Source: an uncultured Pelagibacteraceae bacterium | Lineage (GTDB): Bacteria > Pseudomonadota > Alphaproteobacteria > Pelagibacterales > Pelagibacteraceae | Direction of reading: 5' to 3' | NCBI GenBank assembly: GCA_902545635.1 | Contig: CACCGT010000003.1 | Coordinates: 18,416 to 82,415, forward strand | Length of the DNA stretch: 64,000 nucleotides | Part shown: in pieces, positions 11,091 to 21,222 of the stretch | How positions within the stretch are numbered: the first letter of the stretch is position 1 | Layout of the letters: each line of letters begins with the position of its first letter | Translations under genes and position numbers: made by a program | Notes under the pieces: model-generated | Databases searched by the model: none | Seen by the model: only the letters and a program-made list of their open reading frames with translations | Told to the model about the DNA's origin: nothing

Positions 11091-11918
11091 ATGAGAAACT
11101 TATACCAAATTTACTTAATATCAGATTCTACTGGTGAAACACTAGATAGGATTTTTTTGGCTTTAAAAGCTCAATTTCCTAATTTTGAGTATGAAACTAA
11201 CCATTTTTCCTTCACCCGTACAGAAAGCCAAACTTTAAGCATTTTAAAACAAGCTAAGAAAGAAAAAAATTCTATTATTTTGTATACAATAGTGAATAGT
11301 AAACTTGCAAAGTATCTTACAGAAAAAGCATATGAAAGAGAAATACCGTGTTTTGGTGTTCTTGGTGATTTAATATTAAATTTCTCAAAAGTTCTTAATC
11401 AGAAAGCTTCTCATCAACCAAGTGGCCAACACGTTCTAAATGAAGAATACTACGATAGAATTGAAGCTATTCAGTTTACTATGAATCATGATGATGGTAA
11501 TCAAACTGATGATATAGAGAAATCTGATATCATTCTTTTAGGGGTAAGCAGAACAAGTAAAACCCCAACTGCAATTTATCTAGCTAACAGAGGTTTTAAA
11601 ACTTCAAATATCCCATTAGTAAACAAAAACTCAATTCCATCAAAAGTTACAGAAAAAAATTTTTCTCCATGTGTTGTCGGTTTAGTAACAGAAGCTGAGA
11701 GACTATATGATTTAAGAAAAAATAGATTAAACTCTCTTAAAGAAGATCAAAATAGTGAGTACGTAGATATAGACAAAATTAGGGACGAATTAAATAGTTC
11801 TAAAAAAATATTTAAAGAAAATAATTGGCCTACAATAGATGTAACTAGAAAATCAGTTGAAGAAACAGCAGCATCTGTAATTAAAATTTATGAAATAAAA
11901 AATAAAAAAAATGCCTAA
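11091..11918 (+). CDS. PPDK/PEP synthase regulatory kinase-pyrophosphorylase (DUF299)
   Basis: ISDSTGET, HDDG, GVSRTSKTP, DVTRKSVEETA. Confidence 0.93.
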   Translation: MRNLYQIYLISDSTGETLDRIFLALKAQFPNFEYETNHFSFTRTESQTLSILKQAKKEKNSIILYTIVNSKLAKYLTEKAYEREIPCFGVLGDLILNFSKVLNQKASHQPSGQHVLNEEYYDRIEAIQFTMNHDDGNQTDDIEKSDIILLGVSRTSKTPTAIYLANRGFKTSNIPLVNKNSIPSKVTEKNFSPCVVGLVTEAERLYDLRKNRLNSLKEDQNSEYVDIDKIRDELNSSKKIFKENNWPTIDVTRKSVEETAASVIKIYEIKNKKNA

Positions 11919-12495
11919 CATTATTCTAGCCTCAAAAAGTAAGGTAAGAAAAGAAATATTAGATAATCATAAAATTAATAACAGGGTTGAAGTATCAAAT
12001 GTTGACGAAGACCCAATAAAAGAGAGTCTATTAAGAGAGGGAGCTTCATCTGAAATCATTTCTAAAAATCTCGCAGAATTAAAAGCAAATAAAGTAAGTC
12101 AAAAAATTAATGATGCTTTAGTTTTAGGGGCAGATAGCGTTATCGATTTAAATGGGGAGCTAATATCTAAACCAGAAAGTAGGGGAGAGGCTTTAAATAT
12201 CCTAAAGAAACTAAATGGAAAAAAACACTCTTTGATCAGTTCGGTATGTATATCTAAAAATGGATCCATGGTTTGGAACTATACTGACAAAGCTTATTTG
12301 ACCATGAAGGAATTTTCTGAAAATGAATTAATTACTTATCTAAATAAAATAAGTGATGAAATTTTGTATGCTTATAATGTCTATCAAATTGAAGGAGAAG
12401 GAAGAGCTTTATTTGCTAATATTGACGGTGATGAAGATACAATAATGGGCTTACCTATTAAAAAAATTAAGGAATATCTAGAACTTCAAAAATGA
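11911..12495 (+). CDS. maf: Maf-family nucleotide pyrophosphatase
   Basis: IILASKS..R, VDE, LAELKA, GADS, KP, YQIEG. Confidence 0.92.
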   Translation: MPNIILASKSKVRKEILDNHKINNRVEVSNVDEDPIKESLLREGASSEIISKNLAELKANKVSQKINDALVLGADSVIDLNGELISKPESRGEALNILKKLNGKKHSLISSVCISKNGSMVWNYTDKAYLTMKEFSENELITYLNKISDEILYAYNVYQIEGEGRALFANIDGDEDTIMGLPIKKIKEYLELQK

Positions 12496-13283
12496 AAAAA
12501 TTTTTTGTTATAGGAAACCCAATTGAGCATTCTTTATCTCCAAAGTTGCATAATTACTGGATAAAATTAAATAATTTAAAAGCTTTTTACGATAAAAAAA
12601 AATTAAATATATCAGAATTAAATAATTTAATTAAAGAAGTAAGAGAAAAGAAAATTGATGGACTTAATGTTACTGTTCCTTTTAAAAATTCTGTAATTCC
12701 TTTTTTAGATAAACTATCCAATGAGGCTCAAAAAACGCAATCAGTAAATACAATATACTATAGTGATGGAATGGTAATAGGTCACAATACAGATATAGAA
12801 GGATTTGAGTTGGCCATTAAACATACAAATTATGATATTGTTGGGAAAAATATACTAATATTGGGTGCGGGAGGAGTTTCGCCATCAATAATAGTTGCCT
12901 TGAAAAATATGAGTGCAAAAAAAATATTCATAAGCAATAGGACACAAAGAAAAGCTGAAAATTTAAAAAAAACCTTTAACGAAATAGAAATTATTGAATG
13001 GGGTACAACACCAGATTTTGACATGGTTATTAATGCGACTAGTTTAGGTTTGAAAAATGATGAAAATATTATTCTGGATTATCCAACAGTTAGTTCAGAA
13101 AAATTTTTTTATGATGTCATATACAACCCTTCTGAAACTAATTTCTTAAAATCTGCAAAAAAAAATGGAAATAAGATAGAAAATGGAAAAAAAATGTTTG
13201 TTTATCAGGCTCAAGCCTCTTTTAAAATTTGGAATAACCTAGAGCCACAAGTAGACGATAAAGTTATGGAGCTTTTAAATTGA
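12492..13283 (+). CDS. aroE: Shikimate dehydrogenase
   Basis: GNPIEHSLSP, NVTVPFK, SVNT, NTD, GAGG, NATSLG. Confidence 0.96.
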   Translation: MKKFFVIGNPIEHSLSPKLHNYWIKLNNLKAFYDKKKLNISELNNLIKEVREKKIDGLNVTVPFKNSVIPFLDKLSNEAQKTQSVNTIYYSDGMVIGHNTDIEGFELAIKHTNYDIVGKNILILGAGGVSPSIIVALKNMSAKKIFISNRTQRKAENLKKTFNEIEIIEWGTTPDFDMVINATSLGLKNDENIILDYPTVSSEKFFYDVIYNPSETNFLKSAKKNGNKIENGKKMFVYQAQASFKIWNNLEPQVDDKVMELLN

Positions 13284-13867
13284 TTAAAATTGGTATTTTA
13301 GGTGACATAGGTTCAGGCAAAAGTTTTGTTGCAAAACAATTTGGTTATCCAGTCTTTAATGCAGATAAAGAAGTAAGTGATATCTACAAGAACGATAAAT
13401 CTTGCTACAAAAAAATTAAAAAAAAATTTCCAAAATTTATAAAGTCAAAAATTCTAAAAAAAAATGAGCTTGGAAGTGTAATCAAAAAAAATAAACAAAA
13501 CTTGAAAAAAATATCAGACATTGTGCATCCAATCGTTAGGAAGAGAATGCATATTTTTTTTAAAAAAAATAAAAGAAAATTAATGGTTGTTTTAGACATA
13601 CCATTATTAGTTGAAAACAAATTATACGATAAAAACTTTTACTTAATTTTTGTTCAATCAAATAGAAATGAGATTAATAAACGACTTAAAAAAAGGCCTT
13701 TTTACAATAAAGCTATTATTAACAGTCTAAGAAAATCCCAAAGATCTTTGACTTATAAAAAGAAAATATCTAATTATGTTATTAAGAACAATTTTAAACT
13801 TCTAAGCTTAAAAAAAAATATTAAAATAATTAAAAGAAAAATTTTATATGAGAGAAATAGTTCTTGA
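13280..13867 (+). CDS. coaE: Dephospho-CoA kinase
   Basis: GDIGSGKS, IVHPIV, DIPLLVE; aroE-coaE-dnaQ synteny. Confidence 0.92.
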   Translation: MIKIGILGDIGSGKSFVAKQFGYPVFNADKEVSDIYKNDKSCYKKIKKKFPKFIKSKILKKNELGSVIKKNKQNLKKISDIVHPIVRKRMHIFFKKNKRKLMVVLDIPLLVENKLYDKNFYLIFVQSNRNEINKRLKKRPFYNKAIINSLRKSQRSLTYKKKISNYVIKNNFKLLSLKKNIKIIKRKILYERNSS

Positions 13868-14510
13868 TACAGAAACTACGGGGTTATCTGTAAGAGATGG
13901 GCACCGGATTGTTGAAATTGGATGTATAGAGTTAGATAATTTAGTCCCAACGAAAAATATATTTCATGTTTATTTAAATCCAGAGAGAAAGGTTTCAGAT
14001 AAAGCTTTTGAGGTTCATGGATATACTGATGAATTTCTATCAACCAAACAAAAATTTGTCGAAATTGCTAAAGATTTTCTATCTTTTATCGAGGGTAAAA
14101 AAATTATTATTCATAACGCTGAGTTTGATATTGGACATATAAATAACGAATTATCTTTGATTGGACTAAAAAAAATAAATAATTCAAACGTAATTGACAC
14201 ATTAGAATTAGCAAGGAATAAATTCCCAGGGTCGGGCATAAGTTTAGATGCACTATGTAAAAGATTTAGAATCGATAATTCTAAAAGAGAAAAGCATACT
14301 GCCTTAATTGACTGTGAGTTGCTTGCAAAAGTATATATTAATTTAATTGATCAAAAGGAACCAACTTTTGATTTAGTTGAAAATAATGAGATTAAGATTT
14401 CATTGGATGATAAGCAAGACTATTTCAAAAAAATTATTTTACCAACTGAAAAAGAGCTATTAGAACATTCTGAATATCTCAAAAAAAATTTCAAAAAAAA
14501 TTATTTTTAA
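13848..14510 (+). CDS. dnaQ: DNA polymerase III epsilon subunit
   Basis: LDTETTG, HNAEFD, SLDALC, HTALID (DEDDh). Confidence 0.96.
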   Translation: MREIVLDTETTGLSVRDGHRIVEIGCIELDNLVPTKNIFHVYLNPERKVSDKAFEVHGYTDEFLSTKQKFVEIAKDFLSFIEGKKIIIHNAEFDIGHINNELSLIGLKKINNSNVIDTLELARNKFPGSGISLDALCKRFRIDNSKREKHTALIDCELLAKVYINLIDQKEPTFDLVENNEIKISLDDKQDYFKKIILPTEKELLEHSEYLKKNFKKNYF

Positions 14511-14929
14511 TTTAGTCTAGCTTTGTATAATTTTTCGAAATCAATTTTTTTACCGAATTTTAAGTCTGGCAATCCTGAATTTTTAAGAATGGTTAAAAAT
14601 TTTTGCTCTAATTCAGGATAAATTTTAGTTTGTAAATCACATAATACTATTTTCTCTAGCTCATCTTTTTTAATATTTAAGTCTAATATATCTATTACTG
14701 TTGCATATTTAATTTGAAAAAAACCTGTCTTTTTTTTTTCATTTGGATTTGTGTAGCTTAACGTAGTTAAAACCTCTATCATTTTTTTTTTAAGAGGTTT
14801 GGAATTAATATCAACTTTCATTTGAAACTCAGGTATTGTATTTCTTATTGTTACCAAACTCTCTGGGCTTGATATTTCAATCGATAAATCTTGAATATAA
14901 TTTAATACAATTTTATATTTATTTTCCAT
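14507..14929 (-). CDS. secB: Protein-export chaperone SecB
   Basis: YIQDLSIE..P, terminal IDFEKLY; fxsA-secB synteny. Confidence 0.85.
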   Translation of the reverse strand: MENKYKIVLNYIQDLSIEISSPESLVTIRNTIPEFQMKVDINSKPLKKKMIEVLTTLSYTNPNEKKKTGFFQIKYATVIDILDLNIKKDELEKIVLCDLQTKIYPELEQKFLTILKNSGLPDLKFGKKIDFEKLYKARLN

Positions 14930-15341
14930 CTTTATCCTCTATATCTTCATATTCTCCCTCAATAAAATTTTTTTTTGTAGCACTATTTTTTTTGTTATAA
15001 TTTTTTGAATATTTACTTAATATAATTTTTCGTGTGATAGGAAAAATCAATAAAATTCCTAATACATCTGTTGCGAACCCTGGCAGTATTAATAGTAAAG
15101 CTGCAAAAGCAATTGCTGCTCCAGATACTATCTCGTAAAGAGGTAGTTCGTTTTTTATTAATTGAGACATTCCTGCTCTTAAAGTATTAAAACCTTCATA
15201 TCTTGCGTACCAAATACCTAATATTGCTGTTACAATTATCAGTAAAATGGTGTTTATAGCTCCTATTTGTGAGCCAATTTTTATGAATAAATAAATCTCA
15301 ATAAGAGGTATTCCTAAAATTAGAATTATTGCTGTGTTCAT
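14919..15341 (-). CDS. fxsA: FxsA membrane protein
   Basis: IPLIEIYLFIKIG, LLILPGFATD..G, IEGEYE. Confidence 0.92.
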   Translation of the reverse strand: MNTAIILILGIPLIEIYLFIKIGSQIGAINTILLIIVTAILGIWYARYEGFNTLRAGMSQLIKNELPLYEIVSGAAIAFAALLLILPGFATDVLGILLIFPITRKIILSKYSKNYNKKNSATKKNFIEGEYEDIEDKDGK

Positions 15342-15349
15342 TTGTCTAC

Positions 15350-15393
15350 ACTGTAAATTGCAGGTTGAAATTAATCAACATAGTAAATATTAT
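15350..15393. promoter_or_regulatory. Overlapping divergent sigma70-like promoters (fxsA / Tim44)
   Basis: Plus: TTGAAA(15365)-17-TATTAT(15388), 6 nt before the Tim44 ATG. Minus: TTGATT(15378)-17-TACAGT(15355), 8 nt before the fxsA ATG. Confidence 0.5.
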
Positions 15394-15399
15394 TAGTAT

Positions 15400-15990
15400 A
15401 TGAGTTATAGTTTTGAGTACATCGATATAATATTATTAGCAATGATAGCTGGTTTTATTTTCTTAAGATTAAGGGGTATTTTAGGAAAAAAAACGGGTTT
15501 TGAGGAAAATATTAACTCAAGTTTTCCCCACGAGGAAATGCCTGAAAAAAAGAGCGCTCCTATTTTAAATGCTGAAAATTTCGATGATGCAGCAAAAAAA
15601 GATTTTTTAAATGGTGCGAAAATAGCCTACGAGAGTGTTATAACTAGTTTTTCTAAAGGAGATCTTAAATCTATAAAAAATCTTCTAGCAAAAAACGTAT
15701 ATGATCAATTCGATGAGGCAATAAAAGACAAAAAAGCAAGAAACGTTACTTCAGAGACAACTTTTATTGGAATCAATACAGCAGAAATAAAAGAGCATAA
15801 TCAAGATAAAAACATGCTTGAAGTAAGTGTTGAATTTGTCAGTGAAATAATATCTTGCATAAAAGACAAAGATAACAAAATTGTTTCAGGCGATGCCCAA
15901 AAAGTAAAAAAAGTTTTAGATACTTGGAAATTTTCAAAAGACATTACTTCGAGAAATCCTAACTGGCTAATTGTAGACACCCAGGCTTAG
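15400..15990 (+). CDS. Tim44/TimA-family protein
   Basis: N-terminal TM then FLRLRGILG..TG; FLNGAKIAYE; DTWKF..NPNW. Confidence 0.9.
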   Translation: MSYSFEYIDIILLAMIAGFIFLRLRGILGKKTGFEENINSSFPHEEMPEKKSAPILNAENFDDAAKKDFLNGAKIAYESVITSFSKGDLKSIKNLLAKNVYDQFDEAIKDKKARNVTSETTFIGINTAEIKEHNQDKNMLEVSVEFVSEIISCIKDKDNKIVSGDAQKVKKVLDTWKFSKDITSRNPNWLIVDTQA

Positions 15991-16407
15991 TTGATAAAGA
16001 AAATATCAGATAAAGATAAACAAGACTGGCAGGACTTTATAGATAGTTCTGATAAATTAGAAAATAAAGATAATCTAAATATTAAAGATCCTAAAAGCTA
16101 TGCTGAAAAGTCAATTGATTTACATGGTTATAGCTTAGATGAAGCTAACCAAAAGATTACCTCCTATATCAATGAATGCTTTGAAAAAGGAATTAATAAA
16201 ATTAATGTCATTACTGGAAAAGGGTTGAGATCTAAAAATTTAAATGATCCATATCAATCAAAGAATTTAAGCATATTAAAGCACTCAGTACCAAATTTCA
16301 TTAAAGGCAATAATCAGTTAATGAGTAAAATTATCAATATTGATTTTGATGCCGTTGAAAATCCAACTATAGGAAACTTTGATATTTTTTTAAAAAGGAA
16401 AAAATAA
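15991..16407 (+). CDS. Smr/MutS2-domain protein
   Basis: IDLHG, VITGKG. Confidence 0.9.
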   Translation: MIKKISDKDKQDWQDFIDSSDKLENKDNLNIKDPKSYAEKSIDLHGYSLDEANQKITSYINECFEKGINKINVITGKGLRSKNLNDPYQSKNLSILKHSVPNFIKGNNQLMSKIINIDFDAVENPTIGNFDIFLKRKK

Positions 16408-16409
16408 AA

Positions 16410-17780
16410 TTATAAAATAAACTTTGAAAGATCAGCGTCTTTAACTAGCTCACCTAAATTTTTCTTTATATATTCTGAGTCTATGCTGATTTTTTCTCCA
16501 GCTCGGTCTGTTGCTGTAAAACTTATTTCATCTAAGACTCTTTCTATAATGGTGTGAAGTCTTCTTGCACCTATATTTTCAACAGTTGTATTAACCTCAC
16601 TTGCAATTGTTGCGATGGTATCAATTCCATCTTCAGTAAACTCTAAATCAACATTTTCTGTTTTTAGTAGAGCTTTGTATTGTTTAATCAAACTATTGTC
16701 TGGTTCTTTTAAAATTCGTTTAAAATCCTCACTATTTAACGCATCTAGCTCAACTCTGATCGGTAATCTTCCCTGAAGCTCCGGCAAAAGATCTGATGGT
16801 TTTGCTAATTGGAACGCACCAGAGGCTATAAATAATATGTGATCTGTTTTAATTGGACCATATTTTGTGCTCACAGTTGTCCCTTCTATTAATGGAAGTA
16901 AGTCTCTTTGAACACCTTCTCTTGAAACGTCTCCACCAACTCTGTCTGTTCTTGCTGAAATTTTATCAATTTCATCTAAAAATACTATACCGTTATTCTC
17001 AGTTGTATTTTTTGCAGATTTTATAATTTTGTCTTGTTCGATTAATTTATCAGCTTCTTCATTAAGTAGTATTTCATGAGATTCTTTAACTGACATTTTT
17101 TTCTTTTTAGCTTTTTGACCCATAGATTTACCAAGCATATCTGAGATATTAATCATCCCAACATTAGCCCCAGGCATACCTGGAATTTCAAACGACGGCA
17201 TTCCACCGCCACTTTCTGTAACAGCTATTTCAATCTCATTATCGTCTAAATCACCATCTCTTAATCTTTTTCTAAAACTTTCTCGTGTTGCAACACTTGC
17301 TTTACTTCCAACAATTGCATCAAGAACTCTGTCCTCTGCTAATTTCTGAGCTTTCGTGTGAACTTCTTTTCTTTTTTTTACTTTCTCCATTGCAATAGCA
17401 ATTTCTAAAAGATCTCTAATAATTTGTTCCACGTCTCTTCCAACATATCCTACTTCAGTAAATCTTGTGGCTTCAACTTTTACAAAGGGTGCCTCAGCTA
17501 ATTTTGATAATCTTCTAGATATTTCTGTTTTACCAACACCTGTTGGTCCCATCATTAAAATATTTTTTGGAAGGACTTCATCTTTCATGTCACCTTCTAA
17601 AGCTTGTCTTCTCCATCTATTTCTTAAAGCAATTGCAACAGCTCTTTTTGCATTGTTTTGACCCACAACAAATCTATCTAATTCTGAAACTATTTCTCTT
17701 GGAGATAATGAATTTTGGATATTACTATTTTCTTTTTTTACTTTAGCGTTTGGTAAAGTTGTAACATTTGATTTTTCCAT
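16410..17780 (-). CDS. hslU: ATP-dependent protease ATPase subunit HslU
   Basis: [37 protein letters not shown]. Confidence 0.98.
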   Translation of the reverse strand: MEKSNVTTLPNAKVKKENSNIQNSLSPREIVSELDRFVVGQNNAKRAVAIALRNRWRRQALEGDMKDEVLPKNILMMGPTGVGKTEISRRLSKLAEAPFVKVEATRFTEVGYVGRDVEQIIRDLLEIAIAMEKVKKRKEVHTKAQKLAEDRVLDAIVGSKASVATRESFRKRLRDGDLDDNEIEIAVTESGGGMPSFEIPGMPGANVGMINISDMLGKSMGQKAKKKKMSVKESHEILLNEEADKLIEQDKIIKSAKNTTENNGIVFLDEIDKISARTDRVGGDVSREGVQRDLLPLIEGTTVSTKYGPIKTDHILFIASGAFQLAKPSDLLPELQGRLPIRVELDALNSEDFKRILKEPDNSLIKQYKALLKTENVDLEFTEDGIDTIATIASEVNTTVENIGARRLHTIIERVLDEISFTATDRAGEKISIDSEYIKKNLGELVKDADLSKFIL

Positions 17781-17781
17781 A

Positions 17782-18297
17782 TTAAATTTTCTCTATATTG
17801 CAATTATCATTTGTGAATACGCATATATCAGATGCAACTTTAATCGCTTTTTTGGCAACTTCCTCTGCTGATAAATCTGTATCCATTAAAACTTTTGCTG
17901 ATGCTAATGCATAATTTCCACCTGATCCTATACCAATAACATCTCCTTCAGGCTCTAAAACATCGCCAGTTCCTGAAATAATAAAACTATTTTCTTTGTC
18001 ACCAACAGCCATCAAGGCTTCTAACCTTCTTAAATACTTATCTGTTCTCCAATCTTTAGCTAATTCAACGGCTGCTCTTGCTAAATTTCCAGCATGTTTT
18101 TCCAACTTAGATTCTAATCTCTCAAATAATGTTAATGCATCTGCTGTTGATCCAGCAAATCCAGCGATCACATTTCTTTTCTCAATCTTACGAACTTTGT
18201 TAGCAGTTTTCTTAATAACTGTATTTCCCATACTAACTTGGCCGTCACCAGCAACTACTACTTCATTGTTTTTTCTTACTAATACTATTGTTGTCAT
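17782..18297 (-). CDS. hslV: ATP-dependent protease peptidase subunit HslV
   Basis: N-terminal MTTI, GDGQVS, GFAG, GSGG. Confidence 0.98.
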   Translation of the reverse strand: MTTIVLVRKNNEVVVAGDGQVSMGNTVIKKTANKVRKIEKRNVIAGFAGSTADALTLFERLESKLEKHAGNLARAAVELAKDWRTDKYLRRLEALMAVGDKENSFIISGTGDVLEPEGDVIGIGSGGNYALASAKVLMDTDLSAEEVAKKAIKVASDICVFTNDNCNIEKI

Positions 18298-18304
18298 GGG
18301 ATAT

Positions 18305-18332
18305 AGATGGATACTAAATCTAATAGTTCAAG
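18305..18332 (-). promoter_or_regulatory. RpoH (sigma32)-type promoter of hslVU
   Basis: CTTGAA-N15-TCCATCT on the minus strand, ending 7 nt before the hslV ATG. Confidence 0.65.
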
Positions 18333-18388
18333 ACCAAGGCTAGAATTATTGCCATAATTGAATAATAGATATATACCTTTTTTAGATT

Positions 18389-18979
18389 ATGAAACGTAAA
18401 GCCAAAATAAGTAGAAAAACAAAAGAGACCAACATCAGTGTTGATTTAAATATTGACGGTAAGGGTAAGTACAAAGTTGACACAGGCATAGGATTTTTAG
18501 ATCACATGCTTGAGCAATTATCAAAACACTCTTCTATGGATATGAACATTAAAGCTAAAGGTGATACGTACATTGATCTTCACCACACAACTGAAGATAC
18601 AGGAATTGCAATTGGTGAATGTTTGAAAAAAGCATCTAAAAAATTTGTTGGTATTAAAAGATATGCGCATGCGATGATTCCGATGGATGAAACATTAACT
18701 AGAGTTGCAATTGATGTATCAAATAGACCTTACTTAATTTGGAAAGTAAAACTGAAAGTAGAAAAATTAGGTGAGATGGATACGGAACTATTTAAAGAAT
18801 GGTTCCAAGCATTTTCACAAGCTGCAGGAATTACTTTGCACATTGAAAACATTTATGGCGATAACAGTCACCACATAATTGAATCTTGCTTTAAAGGATT
18901 AGCAAGATCATTACGTGCTGCTTTAGAAATGGATCCAAGAAATAAAACTACAATACCTTCTACAAAAGGTTCTTTATAA
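18389..18979 (+). CDS. hisB: Imidazoleglycerol-phosphate dehydratase
   Basis: RKTKET, FLDHML, HHTTED, PMDE, NSHHIIE. Confidence 0.97.
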   Translation: MKRKAKISRKTKETNISVDLNIDGKGKYKVDTGIGFLDHMLEQLSKHSSMDMNIKAKGDTYIDLHHTTEDTGIAIGECLKKASKKFVGIKRYAHAMIPMDETLTRVAIDVSNRPYLIWKVKLKVEKLGEMDTELFKEWFQAFSQAAGITLHIENIYGDNSHHIIESCFKGLARSLRAALEMDPRNKTTIPSTKGSL

Positions 18980-18984
18980 ATTTA

Positions 18985-19611
18985 ATGAATGTCACAATTG
19001 TTGACTACAATTCAGGTAACATAAGTTCTGTAATTAATTCGTTTAAGGAAGTTGTAAAAGATAAAGTAAATATTGAAGTAACATCTGATCTTGAAACAAT
19101 AAAAACTAGCGATAAAGTTGTATTACCTGGACAAGGATCTTTTAAGAGCTGTATTGATGGTCTCAATAGTATTAACGGCTTGATAGATACTCTTAATGAA
19201 TTTGCATTAGAAAGTAAAAAACCACTTCTTGGAATTTGTGTTGGACTTCAAATGTTTGCAAATATTGGATATGAAGAAGTTGAGACTAAAGGATTAGGTT
19301 GGATTTCTGGTAAAGTTTCTAAAATTGATAACCAAGGCGGTAAATTTAAGCTTCCACACATTGGTTGGAATGAAATTAATATTAAGAAAGAAAGTAAGAT
19401 TTTTAAAGGCATAGAAAATAATTCTCACATGTACTTCGTTCACAGTTATGAATTTGTACCTGAGGATAAATCTGTAATTTCAGCAACAACTGATTACTCA
19501 TCTAATGTTGTTTGTGCTGTTGAAAATGAAAACATATTTGGTACCCAATTTCACCCTGAAAAGAGCGATAAAATAGGGCTAAAAATAATAAGTAACTTTA
19601 TAAATATCTAA
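18985..19611 (+). CDS. hisH: IGP synthase glutaminase subunit
   Basis: LPGQG, GICVG, PHIGWN, YFVHSY, QFHPEKS. Confidence 0.97.
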   Translation: MNVTIVDYNSGNISSVINSFKEVVKDKVNIEVTSDLETIKTSDKVVLPGQGSFKSCIDGLNSINGLIDTLNEFALESKKPLLGICVGLQMFANIGYEEVETKGLGWISGKVSKIDNQGGKFKLPHIGWNEINIKKESKIFKGIENNSHMYFVHSYEFVPEDKSVISATTDYSSNVVCAVENENIFGTQFHPEKSDKIGLKIISNFINI

Positions 19612-19615
19612 AATA

Positions 19616-20500
19616 ATGAAAATTCTTATTTACGTAATTTCAATTTTATTATCTTTTACAAATTTTAGTAATGCAGATGTCGAAAACATTTTAAAAGAAA
19701 TTAAAAAAAATAAAGATTTAGTAATGGGTTTTAAAAATGTCAAATTTCTTGATGGTTCAATTAAAAATAATTGGGAAATTAATAATAGTGATATTCTTAA
19801 AAGTGAAAAAAAAACTAGAAATCACGTATTAAAAATTGTTAACAAGGCTGACGATTATCCAGTGAGACTAGGAAAGCAATCATTAAGATTTGAGGTAAGA
19901 CATGGTAATGGTTGGGGTTGGGACAAAAAAAATGATAGAGAGAGAGTAGAACTTAAAATTTGTTGTATAAATAAAAAAATAACTTGGACTGCATGGTCGA
20001 TATATTTACCAAAAGATTACAATGTAGTCTTTCCAATTAGAACTATGTTAGGTCAATTTCATAATGATGGTGACAACCCACCAGCTTTTACTTTTGAAAA
20101 TCAAGGAGTTCTTATTCCAGGAGGTTATTGGTTAGAGGTTGATAGTTATGTTGGGGGAAATAATAATAATCCTAAACTACTAATTGATCAGAAAGATATG
20201 TTAGGTAAATGGACAGATGTTCTGGTAAATGCAAAATGGACAAATAAAAAAGATGGTTTTTTTAAAGTTTGGGTAAATGGGAAACTAAAAGCTCAACACA
20301 CTGGCATGACACAAGAAAAAATAGACGATATGCTTTTTCACATAGGTATATATAGATCTTTTCTTTCCAAGACACCTGGTCCAGATCCTACTCAAGTTGC
20401 ATATTATGATGAAGTTAGACACGGAAATAAATGTAAAAAACTTAAACTTAAGGAATTAGGATACTCTTGTAATGATATAGAAAGTCAGACTTTTAAATGA
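19616..20500 (+). CDS. Secreted polysaccharide-lyase-like (heparin lyase I-like beta-jelly-roll) protein
   Basis: Signal peptide; RFEVR.G, DRERVEL, GQFH, GKWTD, KVWVNG, HIGIYR, YYDEV pattern. Family recognised by eye. Confidence 0.65.
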   Translation: MKILIYVISILLSFTNFSNADVENILKEIKKNKDLVMGFKNVKFLDGSIKNNWEINNSDILKSEKKTRNHVLKIVNKADDYPVRLGKQSLRFEVRHGNGWGWDKKNDRERVELKICCINKKITWTAWSIYLPKDYNVVFPIRTMLGQFHNDGDNPPAFTFENQGVLIPGGYWLEVDSYVGGNNNNPKLLIDQKDMLGKWTDVLVNAKWTNKKDGFFKVWVNGKLKAQHTGMTQEKIDDMLFHIGIYRSFLSKTPGPDPTQVAYYDEVRHGNKCKKLKLKELGYSCNDIESQTFK

Positions 20501-21222
20501 AAATATTTCCAGCAATAGACATTAAGGACAAGAAGTGCGTGAGGTTAGTTAAAGGAGACTTTGATAATAAAACTGAATATGAAATGTCGCCAGTTGAACA
20601 AGCTGGTAAATATAAAGACCATGGTTTTAAAAACTTGCACATAGTTGACCTTGATGGAGCATTAACAGGAGATACTGTAAATATTGATATTATTGAGGAA
20701 ATTGTTGGAAAATTTGATCTTAAAATTGAAATAGGTGGTGGTGTGAGAAACTTTGAGAGTATTCAAAAATATACTGATGCTGGAGTAGAGAAAGTAATTT
20801 TAGGAAGCGCTGCAATAAAAGATAAAAATTTTTTAAAAGAGGCTTGCCAAAAATTTCCAGACAAGATTGCTTTAGGTCTAGATGCTAAACATGGTTATCT
20901 GTCTGTATCTGGATGGAAAGTAAATTCTAATTTAAAAACTTTAGAATTTTTAAAAGATGTAAATGATTATGGAGCCAGTAGATTAATTTATACCGATATT
21001 AATAGAGATGGTATGAAGCTAAGACCAAATTTTGAGGAAACAGAAAATGTAGCTAATAATTCAAATTGCCCAGTCATTATTTCTGGAGGTGTGTCATCCG
21101 TAGATGATATTAAAAAGGCCAAAGAATTAGGAAATAAAAATATTGAAGGAATTATAGTTGGTAAAGCTATTTATGATGGTGATATTAAATTAGATGAACT
21201 TGCAAGAGAAATAGATGCTTAA
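20497..21222 (+). CDS. hisA: ProFAR isomerase
   Basis: [33 protein letters not shown]. Confidence 0.97.
   Translation: MKIFPAIDIKDKKCVRLVKGDFDNKTEYEMSPVEQAGKYKDHGFKNLHIVDLDGALTGDTVNIDIIEEIVGKFDLKIEIGGGVRNFESIQKYTDAGVEKVILGSAAIKDKNFLKEACQKFPDKIALGLDAKHGYLSVSGWKVNSNLKTLEFLKDVNDYGASRLIYTDINRDGMKLRPNFEETENVANNSNCPVIISGGVSSVDDIKKAKELGNKNIEGIIVGKAIYDGDIKLDELAREIDA

Noticed and set aside
17425-17440. TGTTCCACGT parS-like half-site in hslU
   Set aside because: The second half is not palindromic.
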